64,000 bases of DNA, from the NCBI GenBank assembly GCA_963757975.1, contig CAVWUD010000037.1:1095-65094 (forward strand). Direction: 5' to 3'. This stretch comes from an uncultured Bacteroidota bacterium (GTDB lineage: Bacteria; Bacteroidota; Bacteroidia; Chitinophagales; Chitinophagaceae). Positions within the stretch are counted from its first letter, which is position 1, and each line of letters starts with the position of its first letter. The notes beneath the pieces were generated by a model. It searched no databases and was not told the origin of the DNA. It saw nothing but the letters and a program-made list of their open reading frames with translations. A program made the position numbers and the translations under genes. Shown piece by piece: positions 28,738 through 37,218 of this stretch.

Positions 28738-29977
28738 TCAATTCATACCTGGAATGGATGCCTGGTAAATGACTGTATCTTCAAGCGCCCGGACTTCACT
28801 TTTAGCCGTATCAAAGCTTACCCATGCTTCGCCTTTATTTCTTTTAAATGATTTACCGCTGTTCTCCTATAACCTCTGCAGATCCGCTGAAAACAAGAAA
28901 TATTTCGATGGAATGAGATACCAGTTTGTCTGACTTGCCCTTCCTAATCTGCAGGCGGCTGAGTTCAAAATCAGGCGCTGGTGTCGGATAAACCAATCTT
29001 ACCTTCTGTTATGCCACTCCGGTAATGATATTTGGAACGGTAGATTCAAATTTCACATGTTTCATCAATTCAGGTACATCCACATGTTTAACAGTCAGTC
29101 CACCGCGTAATACATTATCGGAATTTGACATGATCTCCACATTCTGACCTTCGAGGTAGGCATGTGGGAGTCCGGCATCCTGGTATACCGCCTGTCCCGG
29201 CTGAAGATGAAGCAGGTTGAAAAAATAAATCGAAAAAATTCCCCGGTCAATATGGCCATCCTGAGAATATGTCATTGCAGCCCTTGCTGCCCAGTAATCC
29301 TCTTTATCCTTATTCAGTTTGCCTGCGTTAAAATGTGAAATGATCCGTTCAAGCAGGGTTTTCAGATGCCTGTCAACCTGCACCTGGGGCAATTCCATCA
29401 CATGTTTGTAAAGCTTTTTATAATTATCGCTCCCAAAAATCGGAACCAGGAAATGCAGTTCAGGTGTTTCACGAAGAATCGTTTGTAAAGCTTTCGGTGA
29501 TTTGAATCCATGAAGAGCCAGAATTCACTAAGTGCCAGCATGAGCTCGGGCTTATGGTTATTATCTTTAAAATTACTTTCTGGAGATGCCGGATCAATTC
29601 CCAGTTTATTTTCTGCATCAAAAGCGATTTGCGCATCTTCCTTGGAAGGATGTACCTGAATGGATAACATATCTTTTACATCCAGACTTTGAGCAGGAAA
29701 GGAAGATGGCCAAAAGTACGGCCTGCTTTTTCACCCAGGGTTTGTATACGGAAATGCGTCCACATAATCTTTAAGTGATAACAGGGTTTTCCGAACCGTT
29801 TTTTAATTCGGAACTACCTCTTTCATGCGCACCCAGCCAGAATTCCGCGTACGTTTCACCCTTTTTAACTGGAATATTTAACAGTTTAGGCAAGTAATAA
29901 AAACCACCCCAGGCATAGTGTTGTACTTTCCCTGTTATCGGTAACACCCGATCTTTACTCAGTTCCATATTTTTCAT
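28738..29977 (-). CDS. manA: Mannose-6-phosphate isomerase class I (multiple frameshifts)
   Basis: VQHYAWGG, AEFWLGAH, MLSIQVHP, DNNHKPE, PHAYLEG, EIMSNSDNVLRGGLT across fragments. Confidence 0.9.
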
Positions 29978-30000
29978 TAGTGGCTCAAAGTAAAGCAAAA

Positions 30001-30360
30001 ATGGCCGCACACAATGAATTTGGAAAAGCAGGCGAACAAATGGCTGTGGAATGGCTTGTACAGCATGGCTTTCAGCTGATTTCCCGTAATTGGAAATTTG
30101 CCCGGTATGAAGTGGATATCATTGCCAGCCGGGAGGACGTTTTGCATTTTATTGAAGTAAAATCAAGACATGACGATCTTTTTGGTAAACCGGAAGACTG
30201 GGTAAACAGGAAGAAAGGCCGTCATTTGTTAACGGCGGGCGTGGCATTTCAGGATAAATATCCGGTCTGGAAACTTGTTCAATATGATATTCTTTCTATT
30301 CTGATAACCCCGGATGGCAAACGCGATTTCTTTTTTATAGAAGATGTATATTGGTGGTAA
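30001..30360 (+). CDS. yraN: YraN family (UPF0102) putative endonuclease
   Basis: GKAGEQMA, RNWK, EVDIIA, LHFIEVKSR (PD-(D/E)xK). Confidence 0.88.
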   Translation: MAAHNEFGKAGEQMAVEWLVQHGFQLISRNWKFARYEVDIIASREDVLHFIEVKSRHDDLFGKPEDWVNRKKGRHLLTAGVAFQDKYPVWKLVQYDILSILITPDGKRDFFFIEDVYWW

Positions 30361-32180
30361 TGGACAAGACTTCTAATTCGCAGAAAGAGATAATTCAAAA
30401 ATACCAGTTTACCATTGCGCAAATTGAAAACGCTATTCTGAAATTAAAAAAAAGCAAAAGGGCTCTGTCCATTTCAAGATTAATCGTTGTTTTAGTTGCA
30501 TTGTATTTGAGCTGGTATTTCTGGCCTTCCTTTTCAACGATTAGTATCATTGTTGTTCCTTTTGTGATCCTGTTTATTTATCTCGTGTTCCGTTACTCTG
30601 ATAAAACTTCGGAAATAGAAAATCTTGAAAGACTTATTCAGGTAAACCGCCACGAACTCGATGCAATGCAATATAATCTCGGGGGATACGAAGACGGATC
30701 AGCTTATGCAGATGCAAATCACGCTTATGCATCCGACCTTGATTTGTTCGGACCCGCATCCATATTCCAGTGGTTGAGCCGTTGTCATGCGGATCAATCG
30801 AAAAAATTATTGGCCGATTATCTGAAAGCGCCCTTGCCCGTTTCAGTCATTAAAGAAAAACAAGATGCCTCTAAAGAACTTTCTGAAAAGCAGGATTATT
30901 GCCAACAGTTTCAATCCACGTCTATTTCGGCTCCACTTACAGATAAAACAGAAAAAAAATTAAAAAACTGGATGGCATCCCCTTCAGTTGGTTTCGAAAA
31001 TCCATTCTGGAAATGGTTTCAAAATGTTTATCCTGTTATCCCGATTAGTCTGTTTACGATTTATTTCCTGGACATTTTATCAGCAAATGCATTATTGCTT
31101 TGTCTGGTAGGGCTTTATTTTTTTCAATATCTGATCAGCAGAAAAATTATACCTGAGTTCGGATTGCTATTGAATGTAGAACCGGAAATAGGAACCCTGC
31201 ATAAACAACTCCATCTCGTAGAAAAAGACAGTTTTACATCGCCCTTTCTTCAATCCCTTCAAGGCAGGCTGAAACCGGCAGGCTATCATTCTGCTTCAGC
31301 TTCCATCAGGGATTTGAATACCATTTTAAAAAAAATTGACTGGCGATCCAATTTGATATTAAATGCCATATTACAACTGTTTTTTCTTTGGGATCTGCGT
31401 ATAATTCTTTTGCTGAAGAAATGGAAAAAGAAAAATAAAGATCATCTGCAGGAATGGATTAAAATAATTGCCGAAATGGAAGTGATTATTAGTCTTGCAT
31501 CCCTGATATATAATGAACCGGACTGGTGTTTTCCCGGAGTGGATTCGTCCTATTTCCATTTGGAGGCGGAAGCCATCGGCCATCCGTTAATTCCTGCAAC
31601 TGCCAGGATTACGAATGATTTTTCCATGGAAGGAATCGGAAAAATAGCGGTGATCACAGGATCTAATATGGCTGGAAAAAGTACCTTCCTTCGATCGCTT
31701 GGCACGAATATAGTATTGGCACTGATGGGAGCACCTGTCTGCTCATTGAACATGAGACTGAGCACAATGAACCTTATAAGCAGTATGCGGGTATCTGATA
31801 ATTTATCAGAAAACACATCCACTTTCTATGCCGAATTAAAGAAATTGCAATATATCATCGAAGCAGTGAACCGGGAGGAACCTGTTTTCATTCTGCTGGA
31901 TGAAGTATTACGTGGAACCAATTCAAACGACCGCCATAAGGGCTCTCAGGCATTGATACGACAGTTACTTCAGTGTAAAGCAGTTGCAGTAATGGCGACA
32001 CATGATACTGATCTCGCCAATTCGGAATCAGCGGCTGACCCTTCTGTGACCAATTATCATTTTGAAGGTAAGATCATCAGTGACGAGCTCTATTTTGACT
32101 ATAAAATCAAAAAAGGAATCTGTGAAAGCCTGAATGCTACGACCCTCATGAAAAAAATAGGTATTCACTTTCAGGATTAA
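30360..32180 (+). CDS. MutS-related protein (ATPase domain V with TM segments)
   Basis: HAYASDLDLFG, Walker A ITGSNMAGKSTFLR, STFYAEL, LLDEVLRGTNS, ATHD; hydrophobic N-terminal and central segments. Confidence 0.88.
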   Translation: MDKTSNSQKEIIQKYQFTIAQIENAILKLKKSKRALSISRLIVVLVALYLSWYFWPSFSTISIIVVPFVILFIYLVFRYSDKTSEIENLERLIQVNRHELDAMQYNLGGYEDGSAYADANHAYASDLDLFGPASIFQWLSRCHADQSKKLLADYLKAPLPVSVIKEKQDASKELSEKQDYCQQFQSTSISAPLTDKTEKKLKNWMASPSVGFENPFWKWFQNVYPVIPISLFTIYFLDILSANALLLCLVGLYFFQYLISRKIIPEFGLLLNVEPEIGTLHKQLHLVEKDSFTSPFLQSLQGRLKPAGYHSASASIRDLNTILKKIDWRSNLILNAILQLFFLWDLRIILLLKKWKKKNKDHLQEWIKIIAEMEVIISLASLIYNEPDWCFPGVDSSYFHLEAEAIGHPLIPATARITNDFSMEGIGKIAVITGSNMAGKSTFLRSLGTNIVLALMGAPVCSLNMRLSTMNLISSMRVSDNLSENTSTFYAELKKLQYIIEAVNREEPVFILLDEVLRGTNSNDRHKGSQALIRQLLQCKAVAVMATHDTDLANSESAADPSVTNYHFEGKIISDELYFDYKIKKGICESLNATTLMKKIGIHFQD

Positions 32181-32223
32181 TATATTTACGCGTCCAGCTA
32201 TTGGATTCAATCCCCTTCTTTCC

Positions 32224-32748
32224 ATGATCAATACCACTGTCAATATAAAGACGTTCAGAAATCTTGTTTCCAGGAATAAAAAACGCCTGAGAAGCTTTCT
32301 TACGCGTGTAGAAAAAAAAGACGCTAAAAATCTGCACCTCGTTACATTGGAGGCCAATGAACTTTCATGGGCAAAAACGGATTGTATGGACTGCGCCAAT
32401 TGTTGCAAAACCATGTCCCCTACTTATACTCAGAGAGATATTCTACGCATTGCGAAATACATGGGCATGACGGCCAGGGCTTTTAAGGAAAAGTGGTTAT
32501 ATAAGGACCGTGCTGGTGACTGGTTGAATAAAAGTCAACCTTGCCAGTTCCTTGACACAAAAACCAATCTTTGCGGCATTTATGAAGTGCGGCCGGGAGA
32601 CTGTGCCGGTTTCCCCCATCACGGTACAAAAAAAATCAAGGACTACTTACATGTGTACAAGCAAAATGTGGAATTTTGTCCTGCCACTTACCGCCTTGTG
32701 GAATTCATGGAAGAAGGAATTTCGGACGGAAAGTGGGAGTTAAAATAA
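32224..32748 (+). CDS. YkgJ family cysteine-cluster protein
   Basis: CMDCANCC, PCQFLD, CGIYEVRPGDCAGFP. Confidence 0.88.
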   Translation: MINTTVNIKTFRNLVSRNKKRLRSFLTRVEKKDAKNLHLVTLEANELSWAKTDCMDCANCCKTMSPTYTQRDILRIAKYMGMTARAFKEKWLYKDRAGDWLNKSQPCQFLDTKTNLCGIYEVRPGDCAGFPHHGTKKIKDYLHVYKQNVEFCPATYRLVEFMEEGISDGKWELK

Positions 32749-32753
32749 AAATC

Positions 32754-33653
32754 ATGTGGGCTGCAGAAAAAAAAGGTTTTAAAGCCTGGCTGCAACTGGA
32801 AAAATCACTTTCAGATCATTCAGTTGAAGCCTATCTGAGGGACATCGAAAAATTAACACAATATCTTGAATTGCAGGAAACGGGTTTTTCAATTGAAAAT
32901 ATCCGTTTAAAGGAACTGCAGGAATTTCTAAAATGGATCAGCGTCCTTGGTATGACTGCAAGCTCCCAGTCACGCATCGTTTCAGGTATCCGTTCATTCT
33001 TCAAATATTGTATTCAGGAAAATCTTGTTAAGCAGGATCCTACCCTGCTTCTTGAAACGCCCAAGCTGCGCAGATCTTTACCTGACTTTCTGAGTGTGGA
33101 GGAAATCAACCGGATCGTAGAGGCAATTGATCTCAGTAAACCTGAAGGAGAAAGAAACCGTGCTATCCTGGAAACCATGTACAGCTGCGGTTTGCGGGTA
33201 TCAGAATTAGTGAACCTGCGTTTGTCGTCTCTTTATCCGGAACTGGGTTTTATTAAAGTCATTGGAAAAGGTGATAAGGAAAGGCTGATTCCCATTGGTA
33301 ATACTGCTTTAAAATTCATAGGCATTTACCGTCACCGGGTGCGGACACATTCGGAAATAAAAAAGGGCAATGAAGATATTCTTTTTCTCAACCGGCGGGG
33401 TGCCCGTTTATCAAGACAAATGATTTTTATTTTACTGAAAGCACTTGTGCGGGAAGCGGGAATAAAAAAAACCGTTTCACCCCATACTTTCCGGCACTCT
33501 TTTGCCACACATCTGGTAGAAGGCGGCGCCGATCTCCGTGCCGTTCAGGAAATGCTGGGACATGAAAGTATTACAACAACGGAAATATATACACACCTGG
33601 ATCGTGCTTATTTGAGAGAGACACTGCAGAAGTATCATCCGGCGTTTCAATAA
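32754..33653 (+). CDS. xerD: Site-specific tyrosine recombinase XerD
   Basis: RNRAILETMYSCGLRVSEL, GKGDKERLIP, SPHTFRHSFATHL, VQEMLGHESITTTEIYTH. Start set at MWAAE. Confidence 0.9.
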   Translation: MWAAEKKGFKAWLQLEKSLSDHSVEAYLRDIEKLTQYLELQETGFSIENIRLKELQEFLKWISVLGMTASSQSRIVSGIRSFFKYCIQENLVKQDPTLLLETPKLRRSLPDFLSVEEINRIVEAIDLSKPEGERNRAILETMYSCGLRVSELVNLRLSSLYPELGFIKVIGKGDKERLIPIGNTALKFIGIYRHRVRTHSEIKKGNEDILFLNRRGARLSRQMIFILLKALVREAGIKKTVSPHTFRHSFATHLVEGGADLRAVQEMLGHESITTTEIYTHLDRAYLRETLQKYHPAFQ

Positions 33654-33753
33654 TTGTTAATTGTTAATTGTTAACGCTGAGGGGTCGCAGAATAATGAGG
33701 TGTAATTGTGAATTCAACTTCGTTTACAATTAACAATTGACAATTAACAATTA
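33651..33753. repeat. Inverted heptamer element (TAATTGT)x3, spacer, (ACAATTR)x4, filling the whole gap between convergent genes
   Basis: The left arm begins at the xerD stop (33651-33653) and the right arm ends at the epimerase stop (33751-33753). Confidence 0.92.
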
Positions 33754-34791
33754 AAAGAATTTCTTCACAATCCCCAATGCGCCCTGTTTCCAGGGTACTC
33801 TGTGAGATATACCGGTACTGGTTTTCTGGAATTTATCCATGTTGGCAATATACCATTCATAATTACGCAACAATGCATCCTTATTTGAAAATTTAGGTGC
33901 ATAACCCAGTACTCTTTCTGCTTTTTCAATGGAGACAAAAGAATCTTTTGATGCGGTTTCGTAAACCCAGGGATATAAAGGTGATATATTCAGTTTGTTA
34001 AGAATTCGCAATATCCATATGGCAGCTCCTGCCGGAACACCTGTTATTTTCTTTCCGAATCCTGCCCTGTCTAAAACTACCTGGTAGTCTTCCTTGATGG
34101 TCGTAAATGATTTGGCACCAACATTAAAAGTATCATTGGCTTTGGCTGCGTCTATCATAGTAGAAAGATAAATTGCAGCACAGAAATCTTCCACATCCAT
34201 CAACTGGTATTTATTATTTCCACTCCCAAGTACCGGAAAGCCCTTCCCATCTTTCGCCCAGTCATAAAACACACCGAACACGCCCAGACGTTCAGGACCT
34301 ATAAATGATTTGGGTCGGAATATTGGAACACAGAGTCCTTTTTTCCGGAATTCCATGCAGATTTCTTCTGCCTTTACTTTACAAATACCATAATCACCAA
34401 CACCATAGAGTTTGTCGTCTTCCACAAGCGGATGATGATCCGGTACTCCATAAACTGCCGTTGATGAAATATGTACAACACGCTGAATGTGATTGTCGAA
34501 TGCCGATTGTAAAACATTGCGGGTACCATCCAGATCGGTAGAATAAATGTCTTCTTTTTTATAAAGCGGCAACGCCGCAGCCGTATGAATCACAAAATCA
34601 ACTCCCTGCATGGAACGGTCAACCATAGCACGATCCCTGATATCTCCCTTAATTTCTGTGATCCGGTCTATTTCGGGGTAATCAAAGTCAGCAATGTCGA
34701 GGGAAACAACTTTATGACCCCGGTCCAGTAAATAGCGTGTCATATTGATTCCGAGGAAACCGGCTCCCCCTGTGATTAAATAAGTACTCAT
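33751..34791 (-). CDS. NAD-dependent epimerase/dehydratase (extended SDR)
   Basis: LITGGAGFLG, VIHTAA, HISSTAVYG, YxxxK (YGICK). Confidence 0.9.
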   Translation of the reverse strand: MSTYLITGGAGFLGINMTRYLLDRGHKVVSLDIADFDYPEIDRITEIKGDIRDRAMVDRSMQGVDFVIHTAAALPLYKKEDIYSTDLDGTRNVLQSAFDNHIQRVVHISSTAVYGVPDHHPLVEDDKLYGVGDYGICKVKAEEICMEFRKKGLCVPIFRPKSFIGPERLGVFGVFYDWAKDGKGFPVLGSGNNKYQLMDVEDFCAAIYLSTMIDAAKANDTFNVGAKSFTTIKEDYQVVLDRAGFGKKITGVPAGAAIWILRILNKLNISPLYPWVYETASKDSFVSIEKAERVLGYAPKFSNKDALLRNYEWYIANMDKFQKTSTGISHRVPWKQGALGIVKKFF

Positions 34792-34829
34792 AGTTCGAAT
34801 CATTCAGATTTAACAAATTAAAAGAGGCG

Positions 34830-34837
34830 CAAAGATA
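34830..34837 (-). promoter_or_regulatory. -7 box (TATCTTTG) for the epimerase
   Basis: TAnnTTTG match upstream of the start. Confidence 0.55.
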
Positions 34838-34932
34838 CTCAATATAAAAAAAGTATGCAAGTGTGGAATCCATATTCTGGCAAGGTTGTTGAATTTTATA
34901 ATAGATAATTTGTCAACTTAAATTTTTCATAT

Positions 34933-35223
34933 ATGAGCTTACAGAGACTTTTCACAGCAACACTTTCAGGTATCGTAATTGGCATACTGATAGCCCCTGC
35001 CAAGGGCGTTGAAACCAGGAAAAAATTTAGTGACTCAGTGGACACTATCAAAGATAAAATCAGGCGTTTAAGAGGAACTACCAATGAGGAACTGGATGAA
35101 TTACATCAGGTATTTGAACAGGAAGTAGCCGGTTTGCGCGATGATGTCCGGGAAAAAGTGCTACGACTTATCGAAGTGAGTAAAAAAGGCTACAATAATA
35201 TCAGATCTGAAGCCTTATCTTAA
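34933..35223 (+). CDS. YtxH domain protein
   Basis: GIVIGILIAPAKGVETRKK motif followed by a coiled coil. Confidence 0.85.
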   Translation: MSLQRLFTATLSGIVIGILIAPAKGVETRKKFSDSVDTIKDKIRRLRGTTNEELDELHQVFEQEVAGLRDDVREKVLRLIEVSKKGYNNIRSEALS

Positions 35224-36926
35224 GTTTTTGGCATCAGCCTTTGTAAACATAAACTTACTAAAATAACTCCTAAAGCTCCGATCGCATTCAGCCAGAGGAA
35301 ACTGATATGTACGATATCATTTTGATTTAGGATATGAATGCTGATTACAAAAATTTCCACAATGACCGCGCTGATAAAAACCGGAGTGGCACTGATCTTC
35401 TTAAAATAAAAAGCCACGAGGAAGATACCGAGAATATCTCCGTAAAACAATGATCCAAGCACATTGACAGCTTCAATTAAACTGTTCCCGATATTGTATG
35501 CGAGCTGAGCGATCACTACACAAAAGATTCCCCACAAAAGTGTATATAAACGTGAATATTGATATTCTCTTTCCCTGCTTAATGGAATCTTCACACACCT
35601 CATATGCAGATCGTTGATGGTAGATGAAGAGAGTGCATTCAGGGATGCTGCCACGGAACCCCAGGCAGATAAAAAAATAACAGCGATCAACAAACCTACA
35701 AGGCCCCTCGGGAGATGATCAACAACAAAACGAAGAAAAATATAGTTCGTGTCATTGGCATCGCCCTTCACGTCTTTGTCCCTTAACCAACGCTGAATAG
35801 TGGTACGCAATTCTGTCTGCTTTTTCTGGGCGTATTGCATGGTAAGTCCCTGATGCATCCTGTTCTCCACCTCGGTTTCAAGAGACGGATCCATCTGCGC
35901 TATTTTTTGTTTTTGCAGTGTTTCATATTCCTTTGTAACTATTTTCAGCGAATCAGCATATTTGGTTTTTGACAGCAGGTCCAATTGTGTCTGATTGAAA
36001 AATAATGGTTCTTTCGCAAACTGGTAATAAGAAAAAACGAGCACGCCAAGAAGCAGTATACCAAACTGCATGGGGACTTTAATAAGACCGTTGAGTAATA
36101 AACTCAGTTTGCTTTCGCGCGTGGATCGCGCAGTCAGATAGCGGCCCACCTGTGACTGATCTGTACCGAAATAGGACAATTGTAAAAAAAATCCACCGAT
36201 GATTCCACTCCAGATATTGTAGCGATCATTCCATTGAAATCCATGTTCATCCCTCCCGGAAGTTATCACATTTAATTTCCCGGCCTTTCCTCCTATATGC
36301 AGAGCATCTGACAGTCCCATATTTCCCGGAAGCAGGTGAACAACCATGTAACCTACGATAAACATGCCGGCAATAATGATGATAAATTGAATCTGCTGCG
36401 TATAGGCAACTGCTTTAGCACCGCCGGTAAATGTATAGATGATCAATAGTCCGCCCATCAGGATATTGGTCCATAGAATATTCCAGCCCAGTAAAGAAGA
36501 TAAGATGATGGATGGGGCTGAAATACTTATTCCGGTAGAAAGTCCGCGTTGTAATAAAAACAAAAGAGATGTAAATGTTCTTGTTCTGCCATCAAATCTT
36601 TTTTCGAGGAATTCATAGGCGGTAAAAAGTTTCAGCTTATGAAACACCGGAACGAATGTAATACAGAGCACCACCATCGCCAGTGGCAAACCAAAATAAT
36701 ATTGAACAAAACGCATTCCATCGGTATAAGACTGACCAGGTGCAGAAAGAAATGTTACTGCACTTGCCTGCGTTCCCATGATCCCCAGAAGAATCAGATA
36801 CCAGGAAGAAGTCCTGTTAAGCAGGAAATAACTTTCAAGATTTTTCTCAGCCCTGCTCCTATATAATCCATACAGGATAATACCGGCCAGCGTCACGATA
36901 AGAACGATCCAGTCGGTAAGGCTCAT
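35220..36926 (-). CDS. Sodium:solute symporter family transporter
   Basis: TQASAVTF, TAYEFLEKRF, GGAKAVAYT, YFGTDQSQVGRYL, GLVGLLIAVIF. Confidence 0.92.
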   Translation of the reverse strand: MSLTDWIVLIVTLAGIILYGLYRSRAEKNLESYFLLNRTSSWYLILLGIMGTQASAVTFLSAPGQSYTDGMRFVQYYFGLPLAMVVLCITFVPVFHKLKLFTAYEFLEKRFDGRTRTFTSLLFLLQRGLSTGISISAPSIILSSLLGWNILWTNILMGGLLIIYTFTGGAKAVAYTQQIQFIIIIAGMFIVGYMVVHLLPGNMGLSDALHIGGKAGKLNVITSGRDEHGFQWNDRYNIWSGIIGGFFLQLSYFGTDQSQVGRYLTARSTRESKLSLLLNGLIKVPMQFGILLLGVLVFSYYQFAKEPLFFNQTQLDLLSKTKYADSLKIVTKEYETLQKQKIAQMDPSLETEVENRMHQGLTMQYAQKKQTELRTTIQRWLRDKDVKGDANDTNYIFLRFVVDHLPRGLVGLLIAVIFLSAWGSVAASLNALSSSTINDLHMRCVKIPLSREREYQYSRLYTLLWGIFCVVIAQLAYNIGNSLIEAVNVLGSLFYGDILGIFLVAFYFKKISATPVFISAVIVEIFVISIHILNQNDIVHISFLWLNAIGALGVILVSLCLQRLMPKT

Positions 36927-37048
36927 GAAAAATGTTTGGTAAATAGGTAGAATAAAATGATCAGCAGAACAAGGAATCCAATAACCATCACGTACCAGGA
37001 ATTCCAGGATTTAAAAAATGGAGGCTTTTCATCCGGCAATTCTTTCAT
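36923..37048 (-). CDS. 41-aa single-TM microprotein translationally coupled to the symporter
   Basis: MKELPDEKPPFFKSWNSWYVMVIGFLVLLIILFYLFTKHFS*; its TGA overlaps the symporter ATG (ATGA). Below the ORF-track length cutoff. Confidence 0.8.
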   Translation of the reverse strand: MKELPDEKPPFFKSWNSWYVMVIGFLVLLIILFYLFTKHFS

Positions 37049-37052
37049 ATCG

Positions 37053-37211
37053 TTATTTTGAATCGCTTCTGCGATTTGCCATCAGCATAGCTGCAATCAA
37101 TCCAAGCATTAAACCGATGAGCATGCCAAGAGTTACTTTCTTAATAAGGCGACCAACAGTAATGCCTGTCACGATAGCTACAATAAACGCGATTTCCCTT
37201 CTATTAAGCAT
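37053..37211 (-). CDS. 52-aa two-TM microprotein
   Basis: MLNRREIAFIVAIVTGITVGRLIKKVTLGMLIGLMLGLIAAMLMANRRSDSK*; fills the gap between the PIG-L stop (37219) and the next ATG (37048). Confidence 0.7.
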   Translation of the reverse strand: MLNRREIAFIVAIVTGITVGRLIKKVTLGMLIGLMLGLIAAMLMANRRSDSK

Positions 37212-37218
37212 GCTTTAT

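Noticed and set aside
32754-33653. Tyrosine recombinase as a prophage or island integrase
   Set aside because: Length and motifs match chromosomal XerD, and there is no adjacent tRNA, att repeat, phage or conjugation gene.
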